From Gallionellaceae bacterium (GTDB lineage: Bacteria; Pseudomonadota; Gammaproteobacteria; Burkholderiales; Gallionellaceae), in the NCBI GenBank assembly GCA_027448945.1, contig DAIDMQ010000037.1, forward strand, positions 49,791-113,790: a stretch of 64,000 bases of DNA. The letters are read 5' to 3'. Below are positions 1 to 9,454 of this stretch, one piece after another. A program made the translations under genes and the position numbers. The notes beneath the pieces are model-generated. The model searched no databases and was not told where the DNA came from. It was given only the letters and a program-made list of their open reading frames with translations. Position 1 is the stretch's first letter. Each line of letters begins with the position of its first letter.

Positions 1-698
1 GCACTCAAAGGCATCCGCAGTCGGCTATCGAGCACCACGCGCAACGGTTGTCGCGGTGTTGCGATGTCGCGCACATTCAAACTTGCATCATCAGCCAATA
101 TCGTGTTGATACCCGTGAGTACAGCACAAGATCTGGCGCGCCAATGCTGCACATCGCGCCGCGCTTCTGCACCCGTAATCCACTGACTCTCGCCATTGGA
201 CAAGGCGGTGCGGCCATCCAAACTCATGGCGATTTTGCTGCGCAGCCAGGGTCTGCCGCGTGTCATGCGCGACACGAATCCGATGTTCAGTTCACGCGCT
301 GCGGCTTCCATCAAACCGCATTCGACAACGATGCCAGCCGCGCGCAATTTGACGACACCCCTGCCGGACACCAGGGGATTCGGGTCTTGCATGGCGATGA
401 CCACACGTGCGACACCCGCCGCAATCAAGGCATCGGCACACGGCGGCGTGCGGCCGTAGTGACTGCACGGCTCTAGCGTCACATAAGCGGTTGCGCCGCG
501 AGCCGCATCGCCCGCCGCACGCAAGGCCAGCGGTTCGGCGTGCGGCTCACCGGCACGCTGATGCCAAGCTGTGGAAAGGACTTGCCCATCGCGCACCACG
601 ACGCAGCCCACCCTGGGGTTGGGGCTGGTGGTGTACAAACCTTGCTCGGCCAATCTCAGGGCTGTCGCCATGTATTGGTGGTCGGGCGCGGTATGCAT
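1..698 (-). CDS. ribD: Riboflavin biosynthesis deaminase/reductase RibD, 3' part runs off the window
   Basis: Not in the ORF track. Hand translation of the minus strand from ATG at 698 (overlapping the nrdR stop) gives [11 protein letters not shown]...PNPRVGCV...HAE...TLEPCSHYGRTPPC...SKIAMSLDG...QPLRVVLDS. The deaminase zinc motifs HAE and PCxxxxxxxxC are present. nrdR-ribD order is conserved. Confidence 0.93.
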   Translation of the reverse strand, partial: MHTAPDHQYMATALRLAEQGLYTTSPNPRVGCVVVRDGQVLSTAWHQRAGEPHAEPLALRAAGDAARGATAYVTLEPCSHYGRTPPCADALIAAGVARVVIAMQDPNPLVSGRGVVKLRAAGIVVECGLMEAAARELNIGFVSRMTRGRPWLRSKIAMSLDGRTALSNGESQWITGAEARRDVQHWRARSCAVLTGINTILADDASLNVRDIATPRQPLRVVLDSRLRMPLS

Positions 699-1180
699 CA
701 CTTTTTATGTTTACCGGAGGCGCGAGAACTGATTTCGCTCACCGCATCGACGGCATCGGCAAAATCACCGACATCCTGGAAACTCTTGTAGACCGAGGCG
801 AAACGGATGTAGGCGACCTTGTCGAGCTTCAACAATTCCTTCATTACCAACTCGCCCACCTGACGTGAGCCGACTTCGCGCTCACCCAATGAGAATATCT
901 TCTGCGTGACATGATCGATAGCCGCGTCAACCAACTCCGTAGACACGGGACGCTTGTGCAAAGCGCGCTTGAAGCTGGTGCGCAACTTCTCTTCGTCGAA
1001 CTCGCTGCGCATACCGTTCTGCTTGACGACTTGGGGCATGCGCAACTCGACCGTTTCGTAAGTGGTGAAGCGTTTCTCACAAGAGATACAGCGACGACGA
1101 CGGCGTATGCTGTCGCCCTCTTCACTCTCGCGCGTATCCACGACCTGAGTCTCGTGACCTTTGCAGAATGGGCATCTCAT
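698..1180 (-). CDS. nrdR: Transcriptional repressor NrdR
   Basis: MRCPFC...[17 protein letters not shown] zinc ribbon followed by an ATP-cone (VVKQNG...AYIRFASVY). Confidence 0.97.
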   Translation of the reverse strand: MRCPFCKGHETQVVDTRESEEGDSIRRRRRCISCEKRFTTYETVELRMPQVVKQNGMRSEFDEEKLRTSFKRALHKRPVSTELVDAAIDHVTQKIFSLGEREVGSRQVGELVMKELLKLDKVAYIRFASVYKSFQDVGDFADAVDAVSEISSRASGKHKK

Positions 1181-1193
1181 ATGATTCAGTGTT

Positions 1194-1264
1194 CAGGATT
1201 TGGGATCCGGGAAAACCAGTACATCGTATCCAACTGATTCCCGAATCCCGTATCCCGTATCCTG
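1194..1264. repeat. Inverted pair of degenerate heptamer arrays between glyA and nrdR
   Basis: CAGGATT-TGGGATC-CGGGAAA (1194-1214) faces ATTCCCG-AATCCCG-TATCCCG-TATCCTG (1237-1264). Confidence 0.7.
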
Positions 1265-1266
1265 CT

Positions 1267-2514
1267 TTACGCTCCGTATACCGGGAACTTGGTGGTCAGC
1301 TCTTTGACTTCAGCGATTACGCGTGCGGTAACCGCTTCGTCAGCGGGTGCATCCAACACGTCAGCGATCAGGTGCGCCAATTTTTCAGCTTCCAATTCTG
1401 TGAAGCCGCGCGTAGTCATGGCGGGCGTGCCGATACGAATGCCACTGGTGACGAATGGTTTTTGCGGGTCGTTGGGGATAGCGTTCTTGTTGACCGTGAT
1501 GTGGGCGCGACCCAACGCGGCTTCGGCGTCTTTACCGGTGATGTGCTTGGCTTGTAAATCTACCAGGAACACATGACTGTCAGTGCGCCCCGACACGATG
1601 CGCAAACCGCGCTCGGTCAGCACCCGCGACATCACGCGCGCGTTGTCCACCACTTGCTTTTGGTAAACCTTGAATTCTTTGCTACCCGCTTCTTTGAAAG
1701 CCACCGCTTTGGCCGCGATGACGTGCATCAAAGGACCGCCTTGCAGTTGCGGGAAAATAGCTGAATTCAGGGCTTTTTCATGTTCTGCTTTAGCCAAAAT
1801 CAGCCCGCCGCGCGGACCGCGCAAAGTCTTATGCGTGGTGGTGGTCACAAAATCTGCGATACCGACCGGGCTGGGGTAGACACCCGCCGCAATCAGACCC
1901 GCGTAATGCGCCATATCGACGAACAGATACGCGCCCACGCTGTCGGCAATCGCACGGAAACGCTTCCAGTCGATGACCAGCGCGTAAGCCGATGCACCCG
2001 CGACGATCATTTTGGGCTTGTGTTCGGTAGCCAACTTTTGCACTTGCTCGTAGTCGATTTCTTCTTTTTCGTTCAAGCCATATTGAATTGCGTTGTACAA
2101 CTTGCCGCTGATATTTACCGATGCGCCGTGCGTCAAGTGACCGCCATGCGCCAGCGACATACCGAGAATGGTGTCGCCGGGCTTCAGCACGGAAACATAC
2201 ACCGCCTGATTGGCTTGCGAACCGGAGTGCGGTTGCACGTTGGCATATTCCGCACCAAACAAAGCCTTGGCGCGATCAATCGCCAGTTGCTCCGCCACGT
2301 CCACATATTCACAACCGCCGTAATAACGTTTGCCCGGATAACCTTCGGCATACTTGTTGGTCAGCTTGCTGCCTTGCGCTTCCATCACCGCCGGGCTGGT
2401 GTAGTTCTCGGAAGCGATCAGTTCGATGTGATCTTCCTGACGCTGATTTTCATTGACGATGGCTGCCCACAATTCCGGGTCGGTATGCGCGATGGTGTTT
2501 TTGCTGGAGAACAT
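1267..2514 (-). CDS. glyA: Serine hydroxymethyltransferase
   Basis: [27 protein letters not shown] and [13 protein letters not shown] (PLP lysine) motifs. Start placed at MFSSKN (2514) rather than the ORF-track 2574. Confidence 0.98.
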   Translation of the reverse strand: MFSSKNTIAHTDPELWAAIVNENQRQEDHIELIASENYTSPAVMEAQGSKLTNKYAEGYPGKRYYGGCEYVDVAEQLAIDRAKALFGAEYANVQPHSGSQANQAVYVSVLKPGDTILGMSLAHGGHLTHGASVNISGKLYNAIQYGLNEKEEIDYEQVQKLATEHKPKMIVAGASAYALVIDWKRFRAIADSVGAYLFVDMAHYAGLIAAGVYPSPVGIADFVTTTTHKTLRGPRGGLILAKAEHEKALNSAIFPQLQGGPLMHVIAAKAVAFKEAGSKEFKVYQKQVVDNARVMSRVLTERGLRIVSGRTDSHVFLVDLQAKHITGKDAEAALGRAHITVNKNAIPNDPQKPFVTSGIRIGTPAMTTRGFTELEAEKLAHLIADVLDAPADEAVTARVIAEVKELTTKFPVYGA

Positions 2515-2572
2515 GGCGAAGATTCCTAAAGTATTAAAAGCGTGAAAGGCGCGGATTCTATCATGTAGGACC

Positions 2573-2604
2573 AAAAAAATAACGCCGCGAGCTGCGGCGT
2601 TATT
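2573..2604 (-). terminator. Rho-independent terminator after the LysM/FecR gene
   Basis: ATAACGCCGC-gagct-GCGGCGTTAT stem followed by a T run on the minus strand (A7 at 2573-2579 on plus). Confidence 0.8.
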
Positions 2605-2619
2605 CGACAGTTACACTCA

Positions 2620-4239
2620 CTACGGCTGATAAGTTCCCCAACGGCATGTATCACAGCCTATAACTTTGAAACCGGGCGTGATGAAAGATTGGGTGGGTGT
2701 CCAGGGCCCGACATAGCCATCAGAGTCGATGGCACGAAGCCGCACATAATATTTTCCCGGCGCGGGTATCGCGGCATTTAATTGGGGCTGATCGAGCTTG
2801 AGGTTCAACACCGGATTCAGAAAATCTTTATTCACCGACAATTGATACTCGAACGTCTGTCCGGCTTCCCCGTCCCAATTGCTTAACATACGACCTTCAG
2901 GAAACGCCGGCGGCGAGGGGGGCGCTGCCGGTGATAACACGTGCAACACACGTGACGCACCCCATGGACCTTGGTCAGTATGGTCACGCACACTCGCAAC
3001 ACGCCAGTAGTAGTCGCCCAGCGGCAACGGTGTTTCGGGTGTGAAGTCCGTGGCGGCTGATTCTTTTACCTCCTGAACGATCTCTGTGAACCGGACATCC
3101 CGCGCTACTTGCAAATGATAACGCTGAGCCTCACCCACTTCATTCCAGGTGAACTTGGGTGCGACTCCCCGGACTTTACCGTTGTTCGCGGGCTCACTCA
3201 GCATCGGCGCGACAGGATGTGCTTTCAGTACAAAACGCAGCACCGCTTCCTTGCCTTGCAGCCCCTGCTTGTCTATTCCGCGCACCCGTACCCAGTAAAC
3301 GCCATCTTCAAGATTGGGGATGCGCAATTGCTGACCATCGGCGTTAGCCTGCGCAATCAGGTTCAAAAAAGCCGCATCTGTCGCCACTTCCCCGCGATAC
3401 CCGACGGCACCATTCAACTCTGCCAAATCGATACGCACCAGTATTTGCTCGTAACGCTCCGGCACGTTAAGAAACGCTGGCGCAGGAAGCAAATTGATCG
3501 GCTCCGGCGCATGTACACCATCGGCGACAGATCCCTGTCCACCTGCCAAAGCCAAGGATTGTCTGGAATTTTCGGCATCGAATCCGACCAGTCCGTGCTC
3601 GATTTCGGCCAAGGTGTTTTCACCCTCCTGCCCCATACGGAAATATGTGCCGCGCACGCCTATGGTGCCGTGCATCGCCTGGATGCGTAACGGGGATTGC
3701 CCATCTGGATACTTTTTCTTGAGCGCATCAATACGCCCTGTCACCAAACGAAATACCGCACTGAAATACTCACCCAGTGGCTTCCTACCTAATTCCTTTG
3801 CTTGCAACTGTGTATTTTCCAACATATTAAGCGTGGAGCCATCCGGCAAGGTCATGCGCACACTGGCACCCGCAGGCGTCTCCAGGTTCGCACCCGTTAC
3901 AACCTTGTCGCCGACCTTGGCGGGTTGCCCATTCAGCTTCACCGCACCCTGCAAAGCGTCGATGACAGCCTCGGCTGGCGCATTTTTCAGCCAGGGTAAT
4001 TGCAAGTGCAACACTTGTCCGGGTGTGATGAGCTGCGGATTTTTGAGCTTGTTGTACTTTGCGACTTCTGACCAACGCTGGGGTGAGTCGAGCAACTGAG
4101 TGAACAATGAGCTGAGATTGTCGCCAGGCTGCACAGTGTAGATATATTCGCGTTGTGCCTGCTCTGGCGCTGCGTAACTTGATGCGCTGGCCAATAATGC
4201 AGCCAGCAATATTGCCGTGTTTGTTATTTTCATGCTCAA
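2620..4239 (-). CDS. Exported LysM + FecR-domain protein with C-terminal fibronectin type III-like repeats
   Basis: Signal peptide; LysM (YTVQPGDNLS...NKLKNPQLITPGQVL); FecR-like (GTIGVRGT..F); repeated YWVRVRGID / YYWRVASV / YYVRLRAID FN3-type motifs. Confidence 0.8.
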   Translation of the reverse strand: MSMKITNTAILLAALLASASSYAAPEQAQREYIYTVQPGDNLSSLFTQLLDSPQRWSEVAKYNKLKNPQLITPGQVLHLQLPWLKNAPAEAVIDALQGAVKLNGQPAKVGDKVVTGANLETPAGASVRMTLPDGSTLNMLENTQLQAKELGRKPLGEYFSAVFRLVTGRIDALKKKYPDGQSPLRIQAMHGTIGVRGTYFRMGQEGENTLAEIEHGLVGFDAENSRQSLALAGGQGSVADGVHAPEPINLLPAPAFLNVPERYEQILVRIDLAELNGAVGYRGEVATDAAFLNLIAQANADGQQLRIPNLEDGVYWVRVRGIDKQGLQGKEAVLRFVLKAHPVAPMLSEPANNGKVRGVAPKFTWNEVGEAQRYHLQVARDVRFTEIVQEVKESAATDFTPETPLPLGDYYWRVASVRDHTDQGPWGASRVLHVLSPAAPPSPPAFPEGRMLSNWDGEAGQTFEYQLSVNKDFLNPVLNLKLDQPQLNAAIPAPGKYYVRLRAIDSDGYVGPWTPTQSFITPGFKVIGCDTCRWGTYQP

Positions 4240-4282
4240 ACTCCTATGTGGTTATTTTTATTGACTACATGCTACTAAGTAC

Positions 4283-5638
4283 TTAACTGCCTGCGATGGT
4301 CATCCCTTCCACCAAGATAGAACCGGATTGGCGTGACCCTTGCACCAGCACATCATTGCCGACTGCCACGATGTTGAGGTACATGTCTTTGAGATTTCCC
4401 GCGATGGTAATTTCCTCGACGGGATATTGTATCTCACCATTCTCGACCCAGAAGCCTGCCGCTCCGCGTGAATAATCGCCGGTGACCCCGTTAACGCCGC
4501 TCCCCAGCAATTCGGTGACAAGCAAGCCGCGCGACATGGTTTTAAGCAAGCCGGCGAAATCCAATTCGCCAGATTGCAATATCAGGTTATGACTACCGCC
4601 CGCATTCCCGGTAGTTTGCAATCCCAACTTGCGTGCCGAATAGCTGCCCAAGAAGTAATCCTGCAACACGCCGTTTTCCACGATGCTGCGCGTCCGTGTG
4701 CGCACACCCTCGTCGTCGAAAGGACTGGAAGCCAAGCCTTTGCGGATATCCGGCACATCGCGGATATTGATGTGTGGCGCGAAAATCTGCTCGCCCTTCT
4801 TGTCCAGCAGGAAGGAGGACTTGCGATACAAACTGCCGCCGCTGACCGCGCCGACGAAATGTCCCAACAGTCCCGATGCAATAGGCGCCTCGAACAATAC
4901 CGGCACTTGCATAGTCGCGATCTGGCGCGCATTCAATCTGCGCACACTGCGTTCCGCTGCGATGCGTCCCACCTGCTCCGCATTCAACAGATCACGGGCA
5001 TCACGGGCCACCGTATACCAGTAATCGCGCTCCATACCGTCTTCCTGCCCGGCGATCACGGCACAACTCAGACTGTGACGCGAAGTTGGGAATCCACCCA
5101 TAAAACCCAAACTGTTAGCCGTCACGAATAAGGCTTCGTGCAGGTTTACCGTTGCGCCCTCGGAATTACTCACGCGCTTATCGGCGTCTAGTGCAGCGCG
5201 CTCGCAACGCTGCGCCAGTGTGATTGCATCTTCCACGGGCAATTCCCAAGGATGGTAAAGATCCAGATCGGTGCTTTCTCGTGCCAGCAAGGCTTCGTCC
5301 GGCAATCCGGAACAATCATCCTTGGCGGTATAGCGGGCGATAGACAGCGCGGCGTCCACGGTATCGTGGACAGCCTGCGCCGAAAAATCCGAAGTGCTGG
5401 CATTGCCGCGCTTTTGGCCTATATAGACTGTGATGCCCAGACCTTTGTCGCGGTTGTACTCTATGGTCTCGACCTCACCCTGACGCACAGTGACCGCCTG
5501 ACCGAAGCCCACAGACACATCCACCGCAGATGCAGTCGCACCGCGTTTTTTCGCGTAGTCCAACATTCCCTGTGCTATCTCGCGTAAATGTTGATCTGTA
5601 TGAGAAAAGCGTGTGACGGTAGTAGCTATATCATTCAT
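4283..5638 (-). CDS. pmbA: Metalloprotease PmbA/TldE
   Basis: FDDEGV, TGNAGG, TGDYSRGAAGFWVENGEI..PVEEITIAGNL motifs; divergent from yjgA as in the conserved arrangement. Confidence 0.96.
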   Translation of the reverse strand: MNDIATTVTRFSHTDQHLREIAQGMLDYAKKRGATASAVDVSVGFGQAVTVRQGEVETIEYNRDKGLGITVYIGQKRGNASTSDFSAQAVHDTVDAALSIARYTAKDDCSGLPDEALLARESTDLDLYHPWELPVEDAITLAQRCERAALDADKRVSNSEGATVNLHEALFVTANSLGFMGGFPTSRHSLSCAVIAGQEDGMERDYWYTVARDARDLLNAEQVGRIAAERSVRRLNARQIATMQVPVLFEAPIASGLLGHFVGAVSGGSLYRKSSFLLDKKGEQIFAPHINIRDVPDIRKGLASSPFDDEGVRTRTRSIVENGVLQDYFLGSYSARKLGLQTTGNAGGSHNLILQSGELDFAGLLKTMSRGLLVTELLGSGVNGVTGDYSRGAAGFWVENGEIQYPVEEITIAGNLKDMYLNIVAVGNDVLVQGSRQSGSILVEGMTIAGS

Positions 5639-5702
5639 CTAGTAAACGGCAAATTTGTGAAAGGCGTTATCATAGCAGCATCATTCAGCCACATACTTCA
5701 AA

Positions 5703-6443
5703 ATGAATCCGCAAACCCCCAACAAGAACCAAGCACATGAACACGATCCCGAAGCGGAAGAACTGCCAGCCGAGGACGCATTCGACGACATTGATGATAA
5801 TTACGAGGACGATGAGGACGAAGACGACTCACCACTGGTAATCACCTATACCGAGGGTGCACCCCGCCCAGCGACGGCTCCCAGAGCCGCACCCAGCACA
5901 CGCGGGCGTGGTCTGCGCAATCAGCCCGAGCCGGAAGCCGATGAAGAAGATGAAGAGATCGATACCGGCCCGAGCAAGACCAAGATCAAGAAGCAGATGC
6001 ACGAACTACGCGACCTGGGTAAGGAATTGACCGAACTGAGCAAAGATCAAGTCAATCAACTGGACATCCCCGATACCTTGCGTGATGCGATACGTGAGAT
6101 GAAGAACATCAACTCATTCGGCGCTCAGCGTCGTCAGATCCAGTACATAGGCAAGCTGATGCGCAATGTAGACCCGGCGCCCATCATCGCAAAATTGGAT
6201 GCGTGGAAAGGCAAATCACAGAGCCATACAGCATATATGCACCATTTGGAGCGCTGGCGTGACCGCTTGCTGGAAAAAGAAAGTGCTTTGACCGAATTCT
6301 TGGCCGCTTATCCGCAAGCCGATGCGCAGCGTCTGCGCAGTCTGATACGCAATGCTATCAAGGAACGTGAGTTGCAGAAGCCACCCAAGAACTATCGCGA
6401 GATATTCCAGGCGCTGCGTGACATCCTGCCCGAACAGCTATAG
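5703..6443 (+). CDS. yjgA: Ribosome-associated protein YjgA/DarP with long acidic N-terminal extension
   Basis: PSKTKIKKQMHELRDLG...RRQIQYIGKLMR...LERWRDRLL...KYREIF-type core; divergent from pmbA. Confidence 0.92.
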   Translation: MNPQTPNKNQAHEHDPEAEELPAEDAFDDIDDNYEDDEDEDDSPLVITYTEGAPRPATAPRAAPSTRGRGLRNQPEPEADEEDEEIDTGPSKTKIKKQMHELRDLGKELTELSKDQVNQLDIPDTLRDAIREMKNINSFGAQRRQIQYIGKLMRNVDPAPIIAKLDAWKGKSQSHTAYMHHLERWRDRLLEKESALTEFLAAYPQADAQRLRSLIRNAIKERELQKPPKNYREIFQALRDILPEQL

Positions 6444-6445
6444 CC

Positions 6446-7099
6446 ATGGTGTTACCGCATATCGTTCTGGACTCGGGCACTGACCCGGACTACAGCGTCA
6501 TCTGGTTGCACGGGCTGGGCGCTGACGGTCACGACTTCGTGCCCATCGTAGAAGAGCTTTCTCTGCCTGCCGCTGTGCGCTTCATCTTCCCGCACGCCCC
6601 GCACATACCCGTGACCGTCAATGGCGGTTATGTGATGCGTGCCTGGTATGACATCGCGGGCACAACGATAGACAGCAAACAGGATGAAGCAGGTATACGC
6701 CAATCGCATAACGCCATCGAAGCGTTTATCGAACAAGAGTTGGCACGCGGCATTCCTGCAAAGCGCATCTTCCTCGCGGGTTTCTCACAAGGCGGTGCAA
6801 TCGCATTGCACACAGCCTTACGCTTGAGTGTTCCCTTGGCAGGCGTGTTGGCACTATCCACTTATCTACCCTTATCTGCGCTTGCACAGAGTGAACTCAC
6901 TTCCAACACCACGCCCATCTTCATGGCGCACGGTGTAGACGATAGCGTCGTTCCCTACACGCTGGGCGTCACTTCCCGCGATAAATTACAAACTCTGGGA
7001 TTTACAGTGGCGTGGCACGACTACGCGATGCAACATAGCGTGTGCGCGGATGAACTCGTGGATATACAGGAATGGCTTACCAAGAGGATGAGCCGTTAG
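6446..7099 (+). CDS. Carboxylesterase/phospholipase (alpha/beta hydrolase, EstB-like)
   Basis: WLHGLGADG, GFSQGG nucleophile elbow, HGVDD, HSV catalytic triad context. Confidence 0.9.
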   Translation: MVLPHIVLDSGTDPDYSVIWLHGLGADGHDFVPIVEELSLPAAVRFIFPHAPHIPVTVNGGYVMRAWYDIAGTTIDSKQDEAGIRQSHNAIEAFIEQELARGIPAKRIFLAGFSQGGAIALHTALRLSVPLAGVLALSTYLPLSALAQSELTSNTTPIFMAHGVDDSVVPYTLGVTSRDKLQTLGFTVAWHDYAMQHSVCADELVDIQEWLTKRMSR

Positions 7100-7130
7100 G
7101 GAAACGCTGAATAAGTGTAACAACGAAGGA

Positions 7131-8660
7131 TTACTCTTCACTCTCATCGCGCTCGATTACTCGAAACTCGACCAGATCGCAGTCCAGATTTCTTTGTTTA
7201 AGCGCGACGGGGATCAACAGATATTTTTTATCCTGTAGCTCGGTCTGCAAACTGCAGTTGGGCACATATTTACCGACCAGCAGATATATCTTGCCTTCGA
7301 CTTCCTCTCCAATCTTGGGATGCAGCCATAGACCGATTTGGCCATCTTCGAAGCCCATGCTGCCACCGCCACTTTGACTCAAAGTAACCGAAGATATCTG
7401 GTTGCTGTATATCTCGGCTCCCACATGCAGATGATTATCCGTATCTCTCATCAAGCGCCTGATAATTGCCAAGCCCCAATAAGACAAAGCCTCCGGCTTG
7501 ATCCCCACCAACTCTCCGATACGCACCTGGTCACTCGCACTCTGCGACAGTACCGTATAGAAACCGGCCGTACTGATGTTATCCAATTGCCACTCGGCAA
7601 CTTGACCTTCATCGAAACGTGTTCCCAGTCCGGCATAAGTGACCATGCGGGGAAACCCGCGAACCACCTTGGTTTTGATGTTGATCTGTTTGCGCAATGC
7701 CTTGCGCTTGGGCAACACCGTCATGAATTTCAACAAATACTCGGCGGCCTCTTTTACCAACTCCGCATCGTATTCGCCCCCCAATAAAAGATCATCGGGC
7801 ACGATATTTTTGCGCAACACTTTAATCAGACTCTCCAGTTTCCCTTGCATCTCGGGCATGCAGATAAATCGCATGTGAGGATGCACGGTCGAATCCACAT
7901 TCACCCTGCGCGGCAAACTGGGCCCAGTTAGATCGAAGCCGAACAAGCTGCAATCACCGGGTTGTGTCTGTATCTTCACGACAGAATTATATTGTTCGAT
8001 GATGCGCTCGGTTAGATGCATTGCAAGCGGACTGAGTGAAGAGACTCCGCAGCCATACCATCCCAACAAATGGCTGGTCTCCAACTGAACGGTGCTGGTT
8101 CGAGTCATCGCCGGATAAAGTTGCACCGGCGTATCCTGGTAGCGGTGACCTTCGGCATGCCTGTACAACTGGCCAAGCTGGGACCATATCTGACTGTCGA
8201 TAGGGCCGTAATGTACACAGGCGAACTTCAAACTGGACATCATGCAACGCACGGTTCGCGAAACCAACAGTGCTACCAAAGAATCAATAGCGCCCCCCCC
8301 TTTGTCACCCTCGCAATAGCGCTTAAATATCTTCAAATAAGCTTGGTAAAGGTTGCGATACCAACTCCCCAACACCAACCACAAACGATTCTCCTGGAAG
8401 GTGGTCAGCTCATGCGGAGCAAAATACTCATTCGAAAGTTTGCGTGCATGCGCGTATCCCGCTTCGTCCAGCATGCGAATCAGCGCGAACTGATGATCCA
8501 GTTTGAATTCATTTACTTCGGTAACGGATTCCACCCAGTCGGACAACTCCATCAGACTTTTGAGGGCATCATGCTTGGGAAGGTCATTCAAGATAGCCTG
8601 TGCAGACTTTGCGTCAGCCAATGGGTGATCTGTTTTTTTTCCAAATAGTTTTGCTAACAT
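7131..8660 (-). CDS. Conserved hypothetical protein with putative C-terminal PilZ-type c-di-GMP-binding domain
   Basis: 509-aa ORF. RKALR (RxxxR) is followed about 35 aa later by DNISTAG ((D/N)xSxxG) in a beta-rich C-terminus. Confidence 0.6.
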   Translation of the reverse strand: MLAKLFGKKTDHPLADAKSAQAILNDLPKHDALKSLMELSDWVESVTEVNEFKLDHQFALIRMLDEAGYAHARKLSNEYFAPHELTTFQENRLWLVLGSWYRNLYQAYLKIFKRYCEGDKGGGAIDSLVALLVSRTVRCMMSSLKFACVHYGPIDSQIWSQLGQLYRHAEGHRYQDTPVQLYPAMTRTSTVQLETSHLLGWYGCGVSSLSPLAMHLTERIIEQYNSVVKIQTQPGDCSLFGFDLTGPSLPRRVNVDSTVHPHMRFICMPEMQGKLESLIKVLRKNIVPDDLLLGGEYDAELVKEAAEYLLKFMTVLPKRKALRKQINIKTKVVRGFPRMVTYAGLGTRFDEGQVAEWQLDNISTAGFYTVLSQSASDQVRIGELVGIKPEALSYWGLAIIRRLMRDTDNHLHVGAEIYSNQISSVTLSQSGGGSMGFEDGQIGLWLHPKIGEEVEGKIYLLVGKYVPNCSLQTELQDKKYLLIPVALKQRNLDCDLVEFRVIERDESEE

Positions 8661-8758
8661 GGCTTAACTTGTACCCGGTGTTTACAGAGAACCGCTATCA
8701 ACAGTCGCATATAACCACAAAAAGCCGCATACCGACAACCCAAGTAAAGGCCTATATA

Positions 8759-9454
8759 TTGTTGCCCTATCTGCATATTCGCAGCCCATTTCCAAGTGTG
8801 GGCTTTGCTTTGCGTGAACCCAACGGCTTACTCGCGGCAGGTGCAGACCTCTCACCGCAACGCATTTTGCTGGCCTATCGTTCCGGCATCTTTCCTTGGT
8901 TCAATGCGGGTGAACCGATACTCTGGTGGAGTCCCGACCCGCGTATGGTGCTCATCCCCGCGGAGTTCAAGCTTTCCAAGTCGCTCACAAAAGCGCTGCG
9001 AAACACCAGCCACGAAGTGCGTTTTGACACAGCCTTTGCCGATGTGATGCGTGCTTGTGCTGCACCGCGCAAAACCCAAGCCGGAACGTGGATACACGAG
9101 GACATGATAGCAGCGTATAGCGCGCTACACCGTGCCGGTTATGCCCATTCTGTTGAGGTGTGGCAAGCGGGCAGCTTGGTCGGCGGTCTCTACGGCATGG
9201 CAATCGGTCGCATGTTCTATGGCGAATCCATGTTCAGCGTAATAGACAATGGCTCCAAAATCGCATTGGCATATCTGTCGCATCAATTGGCGCGCTGGGG
9301 TTGTGAAATGATCGATTGCCAGATGTACACAGCGCATTTGGCCTCGTTGGGCGCCCGCGAGATTCCGCGCGATGAGTTCCTAATGAAACTGCAAGAATTG
9401 GTAAACTGTGCACCAATAACATCATGGCAGTTCGATAACGACCTATTCAAATGA
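8759..9454 (+). CDS. aat: Leucyl/phenylalanyl-tRNA-protein transferase
   Basis: GLLAAGADLS, AYRSGIFPW, WWSPDPR, FYGESMFS, SKIAL. Start moved to TTG 8759 (AAAGG Shine-Dalgarno just upstream). Confidence 0.95.
   Translation: MLPYLHIRSPFPSVGFALREPNGLLAAGADLSPQRILLAYRSGIFPWFNAGEPILWWSPDPRMVLIPAEFKLSKSLTKALRNTSHEVRFDTAFADVMRACAAPRKTQAGTWIHEDMIAAYSALHRAGYAHSVEVWQAGSLVGGLYGMAIGRMFYGESMFSVIDNGSKIALAYLSHQLARWGCEMIDCQMYTAHLASLGAREIPRDEFLMKLQELVNCAPITSWQFDNDLFK

Noticed and set aside
2515-2572. ZTP or other riboswitch upstream of glyA
   Set aside because: The space between the terminator and the start is under 60 nt and shows no recognisable aptamer.
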